Assembly (NCBI GenBank): GCA_031378125.1
Contig: JANNDW010000285.1
Location: forward strand, 3,437-67,436
DNA: 64,000 nucleotides
Direction: 5' to 3'
Source of the DNA: Methylibium sp.
Lineage (GTDB): Bacteria > Pseudomonadota > Gammaproteobacteria > Burkholderiales > Burkholderiaceae_C
The position numbers and the translations under genes were made by a program. Below, piece after piece: positions 17,624 through 33,086 of this stretch (positions are counted from its first letter, which is position 1; every line of letters starts with the position of its first letter). Below the pieces are notes generated by a model. It made no database searches. It was given only the letters and a program-made list of their open reading frames with translations, and had not been told where the DNA came from.

Positions 17624-18409
17624 TCACCCGAACCGGCCGGTGATGTAGTCCTCGGTGTCCTTTTTCTTGGGCTTCATGAACAAGTCGGACGTGGGCCCAA
17701 ACTCGATCAGGTCGCCCAGGTACATGTAGGCGGTGTAGTCGGAGCAGCGCGCCGCTTGCTGCATGTTGTGCGTGACGATGACGACGGTGTAGTCAGCCCT
17801 GAGTTCGTGGATCAACTCTTCGATCTTGCCGGTAGAGATGGGGTCCAGCGCCGAGCACGGCTCGTCCAGCAGCAGCACCTCGGGTTTGATGGCGATGCCA
17901 CGTGCGATGCACAGGCGCTGCTGCTGGCCGCCCGACAGCCCGGAGCCGCTCTGTTCGAGTTTGTCCTTGACCTCGTTCCACAGCGCGGCCTTCTTCAACG
18001 CCCACTCGACCCGTTCGTCCATCTCCACCCGGGGCAGCGTCTCGAACAGACGCACGCCGAAGGCGATGTTGTCGTAGATCGACATCGGGAACGGCGTCGG
18101 CTTCTGGAACACCATGCCGATCTTGGCACGCATCAGCGACACGTCCTGTCTGGAGGTCAGGATGTCCTTGCCATCGAGCAGGATCTCGCCTTCGGCGCGC
18201 TGCTCAGGGTAAAGCTCGAACATGCGGTTGAAGGAGCGAAGCAGCGTGGACTTGCCGCACCCCGATGGACCGATGAAGGCGGTGACCTTCTTCTCCGGGA
18301 TGTCGAGGTTGATCCTCTTCAGCGCCTGGAACTTGCCATAGTAAAAGTTCAGGTCGCGCACAGAGAGTTTGACCTTCTCGGTGACCGGCAGGTTGACTTT
18401 GACATCCAT
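17624..18409 (-). CDS. pstB: phosphate ABC transporter ATP-binding protein PstB
   Basis: Walker [10 protein letters not shown], signature [13 protein letters not shown], Walker B LLLDEP. Start trimmed to ATG 18409 (MDVKVNLP). Confidence 0.96.
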   Translation of the reverse strand: MDVKVNLPVTEKVKLSVRDLNFYYGKFQALKRINLDIPEKKVTAFIGPSGCGKSTLLRSFNRMFELYPEQRAEGEILLDGKDILTSRQDVSLMRAKIGMVFQKPTPFPMSIYDNIAFGVRLFETLPRVEMDERVEWALKKAALWNEVKDKLEQSGSGLSGGQQQRLCIARGIAIKPEVLLLDEPCSALDPISTGKIEELIHELRADYTVVIVTHNMQQAARCSDYTAYMYLGDLIEFGPTSDLFMKPKKKDTEDYITGRFG

Positions 18410-18427
18410 GTGGCAGACCTCAGGCAA

Positions 18428-19300
18428 TCAATTCTTGCTGCGGAACAACACGCGCGCCAGGATGTTCAGCACCAGCACGCCCAGTGTGATCAGGAACACC
18501 CCCGCCCAGGCCAGCTTCTGCCAGTTTTCGTAGGGGCTCATCGCGAACTTGAAAATCGTGACCGGCAGGCTGGCCATCGGCTCGCCCAGACTGGAGACCC
18601 AGAACTGGTTCGACAGTGCGGTGAAGAGCAGCGGCGCGGTCTCGCCCGAAATGCGCGCCACCGCCAGCAGGATGCCGGTCATCACGCCCGCGCGCACGGC
18701 TTTCAGCGTGATGCTGGAGATGAGTTTCCATTTCGGTGTGCCCAAAGCGTAGGCGGCTTCGCGCAGCGCGTTCGGAACCAGCAGCAGCATGTTCTCCGTC
18801 TGACGGATCACCACCGGAATCACGATCAGCGCCAGCGCCAGAACACCGGCATAACCGGAAAACGTCTTCATCGGTGCCACCACCACGGCGTAGATGAACA
18901 GGCCGACCACGATGCTGGGCGCCGACAACAGGATGTCGTTGATGAAGCGCGTGGTGCTGCCCAGCCAGCCTTTGCGCCCATACTCGGCGAGGTAGATGCC
19001 GGCCATCACGCCGACTGGCGTGCCGATCAGGGTGGCCGCGCCCACCATCATCAGCGAGCCGAAGATGGCATTGGCCAAGCCGCCCGTGTCCGCTTGCGGG
19101 GGAGGCGTCATTTCGGTGAAGACCGCCAGGTTGATGCCGCCGATTCCCAAACGGATGGTCTCGGCCAAAATCCAGATCAACCAAAACAGACCGAAGGCCA
19201 TCGCTCCCAGCGACAGCGTCAGCGCCACCGCATTGACCCGCTTGCGACGCTTGTGTTTGGCCAGCCGAGGGTCGGTGGCATCAAGCATCGCAGCGCTCAT
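18428..19300 (-). CDS. pstA: phosphate ABC transporter permease PstA
   Basis: 290-aa polytopic permease with an EAA-type loop ([13 protein letters not shown]), located between pstC and pstB. Confidence 0.94.
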   Translation of the reverse strand: MSAAMLDATDPRLAKHKRRKRVNAVALTLSLGAMAFGLFWLIWILAETIRLGIGGINLAVFTEMTPPPQADTGGLANAIFGSLMMVGAATLIGTPVGVMAGIYLAEYGRKGWLGSTTRFINDILLSAPSIVVGLFIYAVVVAPMKTFSGYAGVLALALIVIPVVIRQTENMLLLVPNALREAAYALGTPKWKLISSITLKAVRAGVMTGILLAVARISGETAPLLFTALSNQFWVSSLGEPMASLPVTIFKFAMSPYENWQKLAWAGVFLITLGVLVLNILARVLFRSKN

Positions 19301-20331
19301 GAACGGCCCCCCTCACCTTTTTTCAGTTGCGCCAGCAACAGCTTGGACAACGCCAGCACGACGAACGTGATGAAGAACAACACCAAGCCCAGATAAATCA
19401 GCGCGGCCTGGTGCAAGCCCGCGCCGGCCTCCGCAAATTCGTTGGCCAGCGCCGAAGTGATGCTGTTGGCCGCTTCGAACAAGGACAAGCTGTTCAGTTG
19501 GTTGAAGTTGCCGATGACGAAGGTGACTGCCATGGTCTCGCCGATCGCTCGACCCAGGCCCAGCATGATGCCGCCGATGACCCCGGTCTTGGTGTACGGC
19601 AGAACCACCTTGAACATCACTTCCCAGGTGGTGGAGCCCAGTGCGTAAGCCGACTCCTTGAGCATCGGCGGCGTGACTTCAAAGACGTCGCGCATGACCG
19701 CGGCGATGTAGGGGATGATCATGATCGCCAGGATGATGCCCGCCGACAGGATGCCGATGCCCACCGGCGCGCCCGACACCAGTTCGCGCAGCACAGGCAC
19801 ATCGGCCAGCAACTTTTGCAGCGGCTGCTGCACGAAGGTCGACAAGATGGGGCTGAACACCAGCAAGCCCCACATGCCATAAACAATCGAAGGGACGGCG
19901 GCCAGCAACTCGATGGCCACGCCCAGCGGCCGCCGCAACCACGAGGGTGCCAGCTCGGTCAGAAACAGCGCGATGCCGAAGCTCACGGGAACGGCGATCA
20001 CCAGCGCAATCAGCGAGGTCATCACTGTGCCGTAGATCATCACCAGGCCGCCGTAGCGGTTTTGCACCGGGTCCCATTCGGTGCGCCACAAAAAGCTCAA
20101 GCCGTATTCCCGGATCGCCGGCATCGCGCCAACCAACAAGGAGCCGATGATGCCCAGCAGCAGCGCCAGTGTCAGCAGCGCGGCGCCGTGGGCAAGCACC
20201 GAAAACACGCTGTCCATCCAGGGTGAGGTCCGCCGGTTTTCGGGCGGCGAGCCGAGCGGGTCCGTGCGTTGCATCTTGTCATTGTCATAGTGCGATGCCG
20301 GAAGCGTAGCAGCCACAGTCCCTCCCATCAT
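19297..20331 (-). CDS. pstC: phosphate ABC transporter permease PstC
   Basis: Polytopic permease with [13 protein letters not shown] loop and a 4-nt overlap with pstA. The true start may be an internal Met (for example 20274). Confidence 0.92.
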   Translation of the reverse strand: MMGGTVAATLPASHYDNDKMQRTDPLGSPPENRRTSPWMDSVFSVLAHGAALLTLALLLGIIGSLLVGAMPAIREYGLSFLWRTEWDPVQNRYGGLVMIYGTVMTSLIALVIAVPVSFGIALFLTELAPSWLRRPLGVAIELLAAVPSIVYGMWGLLVFSPILSTFVQQPLQKLLADVPVLRELVSGAPVGIGILSAGIILAIMIIPYIAAVMRDVFEVTPPMLKESAYALGSTTWEVMFKVVLPYTKTGVIGGIMLGLGRAIGETMAVTFVIGNFNQLNSLSLFEAANSITSALANEFAEAGAGLHQAALIYLGLVLFFITFVVLALSKLLLAQLKKGEGGRS

Positions 20332-20385
20332 GTTCAGGCCAGGGCGCCGGTTCGCGCCCTGGTGGGTTGGTCGGTGACCGGAGCC

Positions 20386-21423
20386 CTATTTGAAGGCCAC
20401 CTGCTTGCCCGAGGCGTCCTTGATGTCGCCCCACTGCTTGCGCACCAGCGCTTTCACGCTGTCCGGCAGCGGCACGTACTCGAGGTCCGACGCCATCTTG
20501 TCGCCGTTGCCAAACGCCCACTCGAAGAACTTCAAGGTGTTGGCGCCCTGGATCGGTTTTTCCTGCGCCTTGTGCATCAGGATGAAGGTGGCGCCGGACA
20601 GCGGCCAGGTCTCCTTGCCGGGCTGCTCGGTCAACACCTGGTAGAAGGTCTTGGACCAGTCGGCGCCGGCGGCGGCGGCCTTGAAGTTGGCGTCATCCGG
20701 CGTAGCGAACTCGCCGTCCTTGTTCTTCAGCAGCGTGTAGGTCATCTTGTTCTGCTTGACGTACGCGTACTCCACGTAGCCGATTGAATTCGGCAGCCGG
20801 TTGACGAATGCCGCCACACCCTCGTTGCCCTTGCCGCCCGCGCCGGTCGGCCAGTTGACGGCGGTGCCTTCACCGACCTTGGCCTGCCATTCGGCATTTA
20901 CCTTCGAGAGGTAGTTGGTGAAGATGAAGCTGGTGCCCGACCCATCCGCGCGTCGCACCACCGAAATCGCGGCGTCGGGCAGCGGCGCGCCGGGGTTCAG
21001 CGCAGTCAGGGCAGCGTCGTTCCACTTGGTGATCTTGCCGAGGTAGATGTCGCCGAGAACCTGTCCGGTCAGCTTGATCTGGCCCGGCTGAATGCCCTTG
21101 ATGTTGACCACCGGCACCACGCCGCCGATCACGGTCGGGAACTGGACCAGGCCGTCCTTGGCAAGGGCATCGTCCTTGAGCGGCATGTCGGAGGCACCGA
21201 AGTCGACGGTCTTGCTGCGGATCTGGTTCAAGCCCGCGCCGGAGCCCACCGACTGGTAGTTGATGCGGGCGCCGCTGGCCTTGTTGTAAGCGTCGGCCCA
21301 TTTGGCGTACAACGGCGCCGGGAATGTGGCACCGGCACCGGTCACGTCTTGTGCAAAGCTTGCGCCGGCCAGCGCCGACAGGGTGGCTGCAACCAGGGCA
21401 GCGCGAGTATTTGATAAGTTCAT
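20386..21423 (-). CDS. pstS: periplasmic phosphate-binding protein PstS
   Basis: Signal peptide [24 protein letters not shown] followed by [19 protein letters not shown]. Start trimmed to ATG 21423. Confidence 0.95.
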   Translation of the reverse strand: MNLSNTRAALVAATLSALAGASFAQDVTGAGATFPAPLYAKWADAYNKASGARINYQSVGSGAGLNQIRSKTVDFGASDMPLKDDALAKDGLVQFPTVIGGVVPVVNIKGIQPGQIKLTGQVLGDIYLGKITKWNDAALTALNPGAPLPDAAISVVRRADGSGTSFIFTNYLSKVNAEWQAKVGEGTAVNWPTGAGGKGNEGVAAFVNRLPNSIGYVEYAYVKQNKMTYTLLKNKDGEFATPDDANFKAAAAGADWSKTFYQVLTEQPGKETWPLSGATFILMHKAQEKPIQGANTLKFFEWAFGNGDKMASDLEYVPLPDSVKALVRKQWGDIKDASGKQVAFK

Positions 21424-21486
21424 GAGCGGTCCTTTCGTTCCGAAATTCCAGTGCAAATCCAATGTGACGAATTTTAGGGACGGCTT

Positions 21487-21504
21487 GTGACATCACTGTG
21501 ACAG
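21487..21504 (-). promoter_or_regulatory. candidate Pho box (PhoB site) of the pstS promoter
   Basis: The minus strand reads CTGTCAC-AGTG-ATGTCAC: two 7-nt direct repeats at 11-bp phasing. A TAAAAT -10-like hexamer follows 10 nt downstream, about 65 nt upstream of the pstS ATG. Confidence 0.65.
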
Positions 21505-21583
21505 TCTCGCCCCACTCGGCGAAGGCGAGGCGCCAAGCGACAACGGCCGACTTGCCTACGGCTGGAGAAGCCATGTCTCGGTT

Positions 21584-21612
21584 CTGTCACAACACATTCA
21601 TCGAATCGTCAC
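21584..21612 (+). promoter_or_regulatory. candidate Pho box array facing the fasciclin gene
   Basis: The plus strand reads CTGTCAC-aaca-CATTCAT-cgaa-TCGTCAC: three 7-mers at 11-bp phasing. After 10 nt comes TAGGCT (21623..21628), a -10-like hexamer. Confidence 0.5.
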
Positions 21613-21704
21613 GGGCAAGCCATAGGCTTCAAGGCCAAGCATTCCGCGCCTTGGTTTTCTGCGGGATGGCCTGACTCGAATCGCACGTCCTTCAAGGAGA
21701 ACCC

Positions 21705-22187
21705 ATGAACAGATCGACCTGGCTGGCTTGCAGCGCAACGGCCCTCTTGGTGCTGACCGCCTGTGCCACTGCGCCCGCCCCCAAGACCATTTCGGACACC
21801 GCCGCAGCGACACCCCAGCTTTCGACCTTGAACAAGTTGATCGGCGACGCGGGGCTGACGGAAACGCTGCGCGGGCCCGGCCCCTTCACGGTGTTCGCGC
21901 CGACCAACGACGCTTTCAAGGCGGTGCCGGCCAAGACACTGGACGCACTGGGCAAAGACCCGGCGTTGCTGAAGTCGGTTCTGACCTACCACGTGCTGGC
22001 CGGCAAAGTGGCGGCCGCCGACGTGAAGAACGGCCCCGCCAAGACCGTGCAAGGCGCGAACGTCGCGCTGTCCAGGGCGGGCACGTTCGTCACCGTCGAC
22101 GAAGCCGTTGTGACCACCGCCGATGTGCCCGTCAGCAATGGCGTGGTGCACGTGATCGACCGCGTGCTGCTGCCGCCGATGAAGTGA
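21705..22187 (+). CDS. fasciclin (FAS1) domain lipoprotein
   Basis: Lipobox LVLTAC. FAS1 motifs GPFTVFAPTNDAF and NGVVHVIDRVLLP. RBS aaggaga upstream. Confidence 0.88.
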   Translation: MNRSTWLACSATALLVLTACATAPAPKTISDTAAATPQLSTLNKLIGDAGLTETLRGPGPFTVFAPTNDAFKAVPAKTLDALGKDPALLKSVLTYHVLAGKVAAADVKNGPAKTVQGANVALSRAGTFVTVDEAVVTTADVPVSNGVVHVIDRVLLPPMK

Positions 22188-22221
22188 GCCGCGGCCTCAG
22201 CAGCGGCGGCGGATTAGCGCC

Positions 22222-23550
22222 TCAACGCAGCGTATCCGCCATGCGCTGCGCGCAACGCTGTGCCAGGGCGGCGTCGCGCGCTTCCACCATCACCCGAACC
22301 AGGGGCTCGGTACCCGAAGCGCGAATCAGCACCCGCCCCTGCCCAGCGAGTTCCCGCGTCGCCGCCGCCTGCTCCGCGGCTAGCTGGGCATTGGCCTTCC
22401 AGTCCGTGCCTGGAGCGACACGCACGTTGATCAAGGTCTGCGGGAACAGACTCACACGCTCCAGCAACTGCGCCATGGGCCTTCCACTGCGCTTGACGGC
22501 CTGCAGCACCAGCAAGGCGCTGACAATGCCGTCGCCGGTGGTGTGCTTGTCCAGCGCCAGCAAGTGGCCCGAGCCTTCGCCCCCGAGCTGCCAACCGCGG
22601 GCCGCCAGCTCTTCCAGCACGTAGCGGTCTCCGACCTTGGCACGAACCAACTCAACGCCGAGCTGTTGCAACGCAAGCTCCACGGCCATGTTGGTCATCA
22701 GCGTGCCCACCGCGCCGGGAACTGCCAGGCCTTGGGACTGCCGGTCCACCACCATCAAGTACAGCAACTCATCGCCGTTGTAGAGGCGACCTTGAGAATC
22801 GACCAGTTGCAGCCGGTCGGCGTCGCCATCCAGGGCCACGCCATAGTGCGCGCCGTGGGCCTTGACCGCCGCCACCAGGGCCGCGGGCGCGGTGGCGCCG
22901 AAACCCGCGTTGATGTTGGTACCGTCCGGGCTGCAGCCGATGGCGACTACCTCCGCACCGAGCTCGTGGAACACATCGGGGGCCACCTGGTACGCGGCAC
23001 CGTGGGCCGCATCGACAACGATCCTGACGCCCTTCAGAGAGAGATCGTTGCTGAAGGTGCTCTTGCAGAATTCGATGTACCTGCCGCGCGCGTCTTCCAG
23101 CTTGCGGGCCTTACCCAGGTTGGCCGACGCGACCCACTCGGGCGTTTGCTCCAATGCCGCTTCGACTTGCCGCTCCCATGCGTCTGGAAGCTTCTCGCCA
23201 CGGGCAGAAAAGAACTTGATGCCGTTGTCGCCGAACGGATTGTGCGAGGCACTGATCACGAGGCCCAGGTTCAGACGAAGCGCGCGGGTCAGATAGGCCA
23301 CTCCCGGCGTCGGCAACGGGCCGGTCAGCAGGACGTCGACTCCGGCCGACGCAAAGCCGGCTTCGAGAGACGACTCAATCATGTAGCCCGAAATACGCGT
23401 GTCCTTGCCGATCAGAACGGTCGGTTTGGGGTCGGCGGACTTCAGCACCCTGCCGACTGCATGACCGAGCCGAAGCATGAAGTCCGGCGTGATCGGGTAC
23501 TGCCCGACGGTTCCCCGTATGCCGTCGGTTCCAAAGTAGATTCTGCTCAT
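22222..23550 (-). CDS. glmM: phosphoglucosamine mutase
   Basis: [13 protein letters not shown]..., phosphoserine loop [16 protein letters not shown], 442 aa. Confidence 0.96.
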   Translation of the reverse strand: MSRIYFGTDGIRGTVGQYPITPDFMLRLGHAVGRVLKSADPKPTVLIGKDTRISGYMIESSLEAGFASAGVDVLLTGPLPTPGVAYLTRALRLNLGLVISASHNPFGDNGIKFFSARGEKLPDAWERQVEAALEQTPEWVASANLGKARKLEDARGRYIEFCKSTFSNDLSLKGVRIVVDAAHGAAYQVAPDVFHELGAEVVAIGCSPDGTNINAGFGATAPAALVAAVKAHGAHYGVALDGDADRLQLVDSQGRLYNGDELLYLMVVDRQSQGLAVPGAVGTLMTNMAVELALQQLGVELVRAKVGDRYVLEELAARGWQLGGEGSGHLLALDKHTTGDGIVSALLVLQAVKRSGRPMAQLLERVSLFPQTLINVRVAPGTDWKANAQLAAEQAAATRELAGQGRVLIRASGTEPLVRVMVEARDAALAQRCAQRMADTLR

Positions 23551-23578
23551 CGCGTGCCACCCTCCTGGGGCGTCATTG

Positions 23579-24409
23579 TCACTGGCAAAGACCGGCCGAG
23601 CGCCACACCGTCAACGCATCGCTGGTTGCCGCGACATCGTGCACACGAATGATGCGCGCGCCGTGCTGAACCGCTGCCAGCGCCGCGGCCACGCTGGCGG
23701 CGAGGCGCCCGGAAACCGGCCTTCCGGTGATGGCGCCAAGGGTCGACTTGCGCGACCAACCCAGCAACAACGGACGGCCGAGCGCCAGCAGTTCTCGTTG
23801 GCGTTGGAGCAACTCGAGGTTGTGCTCGACGCTTTTGCCAAAGCCGATTCCAGGGTCGAGCACGACGCGTTCTGGCGCGATGCCCCTTGCATTCAAAGCC
23901 TGCAGCCGTTCCCGCAGAAAAGTACTCACCTCGACGACCACGTCGGCGTAGACGGGCTGCGCCTGCATCGACCTGGGCTCGCCGCGCATGTGCATCAGGC
24001 AGACACCACAACCGGGGTGTCCTTGAACCGCGTCGATGGCGCCCGGTGCACGCAACGCCCCGATGTCGTTGATGATGTCTGCGCCCAGCGCCAAGGCCGC
24101 CCGCATCACCTCCGGTTTGATTGTGTCGACGGAAATCGGGCAGCCCAGCTTCAAGGCGCCCGTGAGCACGGGCATCACGCGGTCCAACTCTTCTTGCAAA
24201 GAAACGGGCTGCGCGCCGGGCCGGCTGGATTCGCCGCCGATGTCAAGCATATCGGCGCCCTCGACCAACAGTTGTTCGCAGTGTTTGAGGGCCGCGGCGG
24301 TATTCGAAAGTCGCCCGCCATCCGAGAACGAATCGGGGGTGACATTGACGATGCCCATCACACGAATCCGCGTGAGGTCGATCCGAAAACGGGTGGTTTG
24401 CCAATGCAT
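23579..24409 (-). CDS. folP: dihydropteroate synthase
   Basis: [27 protein letters not shown], in conserved ftsH-folP-glmM order. Confidence 0.95.
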   Translation of the reverse strand: MHWQTTRFRIDLTRIRVMGIVNVTPDSFSDGGRLSNTAAALKHCEQLLVEGADMLDIGGESSRPGAQPVSLQEELDRVMPVLTGALKLGCPISVDTIKPEVMRAALALGADIINDIGALRAPGAIDAVQGHPGCGVCLMHMRGEPRSMQAQPVYADVVVEVSTFLRERLQALNARGIAPERVVLDPGIGFGKSVEHNLELLQRQRELLALGRPLLLGWSRKSTLGAITGRPVSGRLAASVAAALAAVQHGARIIRVHDVAATSDALTVWRSAGLCQ

Positions 24410-24479
24410 GGTGCGACCCGGATTGGTCCATCAGAAATACAAACGGGGCCGAAGCCCCGTGTGCCGATTGGCCGAGAGA

Positions 24480-26384
24480 TCAGGCGGCCGCCGGCTCGCT
24501 GCCGGGGGTCACCGGCGGCGGCACCACGCTGGGCCGGGTGGTCGAAGGGGTCCAGTCCTTCGGCGGACGTGGGGGTTTGCCGTTCATGATGTCGTCGATC
24601 TGGTCGGAGTCGATGGTTTCCCATTCGAGCAAGGCGCTCGCCATGGCGTGCATCTTGTCCTTGTTGTCTTCAATCAACTTGCGTGCCAGCGCATATTGCT
24701 CGTCGATGATGCGGCGGATCACCGAGTCGACCTTCTGCATCGTCTGCTCCGAGACGTTCACCTGACGCGTGACGGAACGGCCCAGAAACACCTCGCCCTC
24801 GTTTTCGGCGTAGACCATCGGGCCGAGCTCATCGGACATGCCGTAACGAGTGACCATGTCGCGGGCAATCTGCGTGGCACGCTCGAAGTCGTTGCTGGCG
24901 CCGGTGGTCATCTGGTTCATGAACACTTCTTCGGCGATCCGCCCGCCGAACAGCACCGAGATCGTGCTGAGCATGCGCTCCTTGTCCAGGCTGTACCTGT
25001 CGGTCTCAGGCAGCTGCATGGTCACGCCCAACGCGCGCCCACGTGGAATGACCGTCACTTTGTGAACCGGATCCGTTTTGGGCACCAGCCGCGCCACCAA
25101 GGCATGACCCGACTCGTGATAGGCGGTGTTCCTGCGCTCCTCCTCGGGCATCACCATGGACTTGCGCTCGGGGCCCATCATGATCTTGTCTTTGGCCTTT
25201 TCGAAGTCGACCATCTCCACCACGCGGCCGCTGCGCCGGGCGGCGAACAACGCCGCTTCGTTGACCAGATTGGCCAGATCGGCACCCGAGAACCCGGGCG
25301 TGCCGCGCGCGAGGATGTCGGCCCGAATGTCCTGCCCGACCGGAACCTTGCGCATGTGCACGTTGAGAATCTGTTCACGGCCGCGCACATCGGGCAAGGT
25401 CACATACACCTGCCGGTCAAAGCGGCCGGGACGCAGCAGCGCGGGGTCCAGGATGTCCGGGCGGTTGGTCGCGGCCATCACGATCACGCCGACATTGGTC
25501 TCAAAACCGTCCATCTCGACCAGCATCTGATTCAAGGTCTGCTCGCGCTCGTCGTTGCCGCCGCCCAGCCCCGCGCCGCGGTGGCGACCGACAGCGTCGA
25601 TCTCATCCACGAAAATGATGCAGGGCGCGCTCTTCTTGGCTTGCTCGAACATGTCGCGCACGCGCGCCGCGCCGACACCGACGAACATTTCGACGAAGTC
25701 GGAACCCGAGATCGAGAAGAAGGGCACCTTGGCCTCACCGGCGATGGCCTTGGCCAGCAAGGTCTTGCCGGTCCCGGGTGGGCCGACGAGCAGCACGCCG
25801 CGGGGAATGCGACCGCCGAGCTTCTGAAACTTCTGCGGGTCTTTGAGAAAGTCGACCAGCTCTTTGACCTCTTCCTTGGCTTCGTCGCAACCCGCGACAT
25901 CGCCGAACGTGGTGGTGTTGTTCGCTTCATCGAGCATGCGGGCCTTGGACTTGCCGAAGCTGAAAGCGCCGCCCTTGCCGCCGCCTTGCATCTGCCGCAT
26001 GAAGTAGATCCACACGCCGATCAACAGCAGGATCGGGCCCCAGGAGGCCAGCATGCTGAGCAGGAAGGACGGCTCTTCGCGCGGCTTCACATCGAACTTG
26101 ATGCCGTTGTTGATGAGGTCGCCCACCAAGCCCCGATCCAGGTAGGTGGCGGTCGTGCGCAATTCCTTGTCGTCGGTGGTGCGGGCCCGGATTTCGGTGC
26201 TTCCGCCAGGGCCTTCCTGCAACTGCACCGTCTTGATGCGCTTGCTGCGCACCTCTTCGAGGAAGTCGGAATACCCGATCATCCCGCCCTGCGCCACCCC
26301 GCGGTCGAACTGCTTGAACACCGTGAACAACACGAGTGCAATCACCAACCACACAGCGACTTTAGAGAACCATTGATTGTTCAC
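24480..26384 (-). CDS. ftsH: ATP-dependent zinc metalloprotease FtsH
   Basis: Walker [17 protein letters not shown] region, Zn motif AYHESGHAL, two N-terminal TM segments. Confidence 0.97.
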   Translation of the reverse strand: MNNQWFSKVAVWLVIALVLFTVFKQFDRGVAQGGMIGYSDFLEEVRSKRIKTVQLQEGPGGSTEIRARTTDDKELRTTATYLDRGLVGDLINNGIKFDVKPREEPSFLLSMLASWGPILLLIGVWIYFMRQMQGGGKGGAFSFGKSKARMLDEANNTTTFGDVAGCDEAKEEVKELVDFLKDPQKFQKLGGRIPRGVLLVGPPGTGKTLLAKAIAGEAKVPFFSISGSDFVEMFVGVGAARVRDMFEQAKKSAPCIIFVDEIDAVGRHRGAGLGGGNDEREQTLNQMLVEMDGFETNVGVIVMAATNRPDILDPALLRPGRFDRQVYVTLPDVRGREQILNVHMRKVPVGQDIRADILARGTPGFSGADLANLVNEAALFAARRSGRVVEMVDFEKAKDKIMMGPERKSMVMPEEERRNTAYHESGHALVARLVPKTDPVHKVTVIPRGRALGVTMQLPETDRYSLDKERMLSTISVLFGGRIAEEVFMNQMTTGASNDFERATQIARDMVTRYGMSDELGPMVYAENEGEVFLGRSVTRQVNVSEQTMQKVDSVIRRIIDEQYALARKLIEDNKDKMHAMASALLEWETIDSDQIDDIMNGKPPRPPKDWTPSTTRPSVVPPPVTPGSEPAAA

Positions 26385-26528
26385 CGCGGCTCCTTTTCCG
26401 GATCAAGACGTTCGAGCAAGCGAGCACAGAATCGCTTTCTTCCACGGCATATAAGGGCAATTTTAGTCGAAGCAAGCCCGCTGCCCATGGGCTCGCCCTC
26501 GCTGCCGGCATGGCTGTATCGAGGGGTG

Positions 26529-27233
26529 TCAAGCAATAGGTCCGGAAACTCGCTTTTCCGACATCTGCTTCAGACCGATCCCGACCAGAAAGGTTTCCGA
26601 CGACTTGTCACGCGACGCCTTGGGCTTGATGGGCTTGACCACCCGAAATGTCGTCTTGAAGAGTTTGGCCAACTGGCTGTAGCCGCTCCCATGAAACACT
26701 TTGCACACCAGCGCGCCCTGAGGTGCCAGGTGATTCTGGGCAAACTCGACCGCCAGTTCGACCAGGTGAGTCATGCGGACCGAATCCGAACTCTCGATGC
26801 CCGAGAGGTTGTGCGCCATGTCCGAGATCACCACATCCACCGCCCTGCCCGCGACCAGCGCTTCCAGCTGCGCCAGCACCGCCGCCTCCCGAAAATCGCC
26901 TTGAATGAAACCGACCCCTTCGACAGGCTCGAACTCCAGGACGTCCAAGGCGATGATCACCCCGTTGAGCGCGCCGGCCGCCGCGCCGCCCACGCCCGCT
27001 TCCTTGGGCGCAAATTTGCGGCGCACGTACTGGCTCCAGGCCCCGGGCGCAGCACCCAAATCCACCACAAGTTGACCGGGCTTGAGCAAGTGGAGCGCTT
27101 CGTCGATCTCCTTCAACTTGTACGCCGCACGGGCCCGGTACCCTTCGCGCTGCGCCTGTTTCACATAGGGGTCGTTGATGTGGTCGTGCAGCCACGATTT
27201 GTTCACTTTCTTGCTTTTGGTTTGCGTCTTCAT
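26529..27233 (-). CDS. rlmE: 23S rRNA 2'-O-ribose U2552 methyltransferase RlmE (FtsJ)
   Basis: [31 protein letters not shown] motif [13 protein letters not shown]. Lies upstream of ftsH. Confidence 0.94.
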   Translation of the reverse strand: MKTQTKSKKVNKSWLHDHINDPYVKQAQREGYRARAAYKLKEIDEALHLLKPGQLVVDLGAAPGAWSQYVRRKFAPKEAGVGGAAAGALNGVIIALDVLEFEPVEGVGFIQGDFREAAVLAQLEALVAGRAVDVVISDMAHNLSGIESSDSVRMTHLVELAVEFAQNHLAPQGALVCKVFHGSGYSQLAKLFKTTFRVVKPIKPKASRDKSSETFLVGIGLKQMSEKRVSGPIA

Positions 27234-27253
27234 GCTGGATCGATAATACGGGC

Positions 27254-27730
27254 ATGCCTGCCATCCAATTGACCCCTGCCCAGCGCAAGGAAAAGCGCGC
27301 CGACGCTCACCATCTCGACCCGGTGGTGATGGTCGGCTCCGACGGACTGACGTCCGCGGTCCAGAAAGAAACCGATGCCGCGCTGAACGCCCACGGGCTG
27401 ATCAAGGTGCGCGTGTTGTCCGATGAGCGTGAGACGCGCGAAGGCATCTTCGCCACGCTTGCCGACGCGTTGAACGCAGCGCCGATCCAGCACATCGGCA
27501 AGCTGCTGGTGTTGTGGCGCCCGATGCCGGTGAAGGAAAAGCGCGAGCGCGAGGGTCGCTTGCCCGGCCCCAAGGTCGTGAAGATCCTCAAGTTCTCGAA
27601 GAGCGGCAATCATCGCGCTCAGGTCAAGAAGATCAAGGTGCTGGGCAATGAGCGAATCGCCGCGGGCGGTGAACTCAAGCGCGCCCGAAAACGCGTGACC
27701 AGCGTCAAGAAAAGCGCTCAACAAGCCTGA
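27254..27730 (+). CDS. yhbY: YhbY-like CRM-domain RNA-binding protein with a basic C-terminal extension
   Basis: [28 protein letters not shown]...IKVRV...[10 protein letters not shown]. Divergent from rlmE, as in other proteobacteria. Confidence 0.85.
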   Translation: MPAIQLTPAQRKEKRADAHHLDPVVMVGSDGLTSAVQKETDAALNAHGLIKVRVLSDERETREGIFATLADALNAAPIQHIGKLLVLWRPMPVKEKREREGRLPGPKVVKILKFSKSGNHRAQVKKIKVLGNERIAAGGELKRARKRVTSVKKSAQQA

Positions 27731-27766
27731 GCGGCGCCGACAGCGCGCCCGCGCTCGACGGCCAAC

Positions 27767-28243
27767 TCAGATGTAGCGGATGTCGACAATCTCGTAGTGC
27801 TTGAGCCCGCCGGGGGCCTGCACTTCGGCCACGTCACCGACCTCTTTTCGGATCAGCGCGCGGGCGATGGGCGAGCTGATGGAGATTTTGCCGAGCTTCA
27901 GGTCGGCCTCGTCGTCGCCGACAATCTGGTAGGTCACACGCGCGCCGCTGGCCTCCTCTTCGAGATCGACGGTGGAGCCGAACACAACGCGTCCACCGGC
28001 GTCCAGCGTGGCCGGATCGATGATCTGCGCGGCAGCCAGCTTACTTTCGATCTCCAGGATGCGCCCTTCGATGAAGCCTTGCTTGTCCTTGGCCGCCTCG
28101 TACTCGGCGTTTTCCGACAAGTCGCCTTGGGCCCGGGCCTCGGAAATGGCCTGGATCACCGCATGGCGCTCGACCGTTTTCAGGCGCGCCAACTCCTCTT
28201 TCAGCTTGCCGGCGCCGCGCAGGGTCAGGGGAATCGTGGCCAT
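27767..28243 (-). CDS. greA: transcription elongation factor GreA
   Basis: [19 protein letters not shown]...[24 protein letters not shown], 158 aa. Confidence 0.96.
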   Translation of the reverse strand: MATIPLTLRGAGKLKEELARLKTVERHAVIQAISEARAQGDLSENAEYEAAKDKQGFIEGRILEIESKLAAAQIIDPATLDAGGRVVFGSTVDLEEEASGARVTYQIVGDDEADLKLGKISISSPIARALIRKEVGDVAEVQAPGGLKHYEIVDIRYI

Positions 28244-28320
28244 GATGATCGAACCAAAACGGTAGAAACAAAACCGCCGCCAGGGAATCCGGCGGCGGCA
28301 GATGAAAAACTCGGCTTATT

Positions 28321-31594
<3,274 letters not shown>

Positions 31595-31602
<8 letters not shown>

Positions 31603-32800
31603 TGTGGCCCCCGGCCGAGGCGCAACGGTGGCTGTCTCGGTGTGTCTGCATCAGCGCTGTGAAACGATCGAAGAGGTGGGCAATGTCATGCGGCCCGGGC
31701 GACGCTTCCGGATGGCCCTGGAAGCAAAACGCGGGGCGGTCGGTGCGGGCCAGGCCTTGCAACGTGCCGTCGAACAGCGACACGTGCGTGGGCCGAAGAT
31801 TGGCCGGCAGGCTGGTCTCGTCAACCGCGAAACCGTGGTTCTGGCTGGTGATGGACACCCGGCCGGTGTCCAAGTCCTTGACCGGATGGTTGGCACCGTG
31901 GTGGCCGAACTTCATCTTGAAAGTACGCGCACCCGACGCCAGGGCCATGATCTGGTGGCCCAGGCAAATGCCGAAGGTCGGGATGCCACGGTCGATCAGT
32001 TCGCGCGAGGCATCGATCGCATAGCCGCAAGGCTGCGGGTCCCCCGGGCCATTGCTGAGAAAGATGCCGTCGGGCTTGAGCCCGAGCGCAACCGACGCCG
32101 ATGTTTGCGCGGGCACGACCGTCACCTTGCAGGCCCGGCTGGCAAGCATGCGCAGGATGTTGTGCTTGATGCCGAAGTCGTAGGCGACGACGTGGAACTT
32201 CGCGTCCCGCAACGATCCATAGCCTGCCCCCAGCACCCACTCGCTTTGCACCCAATCGAACGGCGCACGTCCCGTCACCTCCTTGGCCAGATCGAGGCCG
32301 GTCATGCTGGGCGCGCCGCGTGCCTTGGCAATCGCGTCGGCGATGTGTACGGGCGCGACCTGCTGACCCAGGGGCAGCGTGAAAATGCAGCCGTTCTGGG
32401 CGCCCTTGCTGCGCAGGATTCGGGTCAACCGCCGCGTGTCGATGTTGGCGATGGCGACGGTGCCTTCACGCTGCAGGTACGCCGGCAAGGTCGTCGTCAT
32501 GCGGAAGTTGGATTCGAGCACGGGCAGGTCGCGGATGATCAGGCCCGCGGCGTGCACCTTGCGCGCTTCGACGTCTTCCTCGTTCACACCGCAGTTGCCG
32601 ATGTGGGGGTAGGTCAGCGTGACAATTTGGCGGCAGTAGCTCGGGTCGGTCAGGATTTCCTGGTATCCGGTGAGCGCAGTGTTGAAGACCACCTCCCCCA
32701 CTGTTTGACCTGCGGCGCCGATCGAGACGCCTTGAAAAACCGTGCCGTCCGCGAGTGCCAGGATCGCCTTGGCTTGAGGTTTGAGCAGTTGCGCCGGCAC
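31595..32800 (-). CDS. carA: carbamoyl-phosphate synthase small (glutaminase) subunit
   Basis: [13 protein letters not shown]..., GATase triad region [11 protein letters not shown]. Start set to GTG 32800, preceded by GGAGA; the longer track ORF adds an implausible N-terminus. There is an 8-nt overlap with carB. Confidence 0.93.
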
Positions 32801-33086
32801 CGGATCTCCGTATCTTGTGCGCGCCCAACTCTGCTCTGCGAGCCTGAGTTTGTCGGGAAAACCGTGGGAGTTTCCGGGCTGGAAACAGCGCAAGTTCGCT
32901 GGGCGGGAAGGTTGAAAGTAAGCTCGCGGATTGTAGCCGAGCCATGTTGGCGACCGGCCTCAGGATGGAGCGAGCCGACTCGAATTTCGCCACCCCGCGT
33001 GGAAGGATTTTCGATCGGAACGCAGGGGAACTAGAATTCGGCAGTTGAGTCATAACCGTCGTATTCCAAACACCATAGGAGGTCTC

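Noticed and set aside
24036-27272. 1078-aa plus-strand ORF across folP, ftsH and rlmE
   Set aside because: Antisense to three unmistakable housekeeping genes (the FtsH Walker A/HExxH motifs and others). Its composition is that of a GC-rich shadow frame.
32801-32893. Longer carA start (ATG 32893)
   Set aside because: The extension ([23 protein letters not shown]...) is unlike CarA N-termini. GTG 32800 has a GGAGA RBS and gives a normal-length protein.
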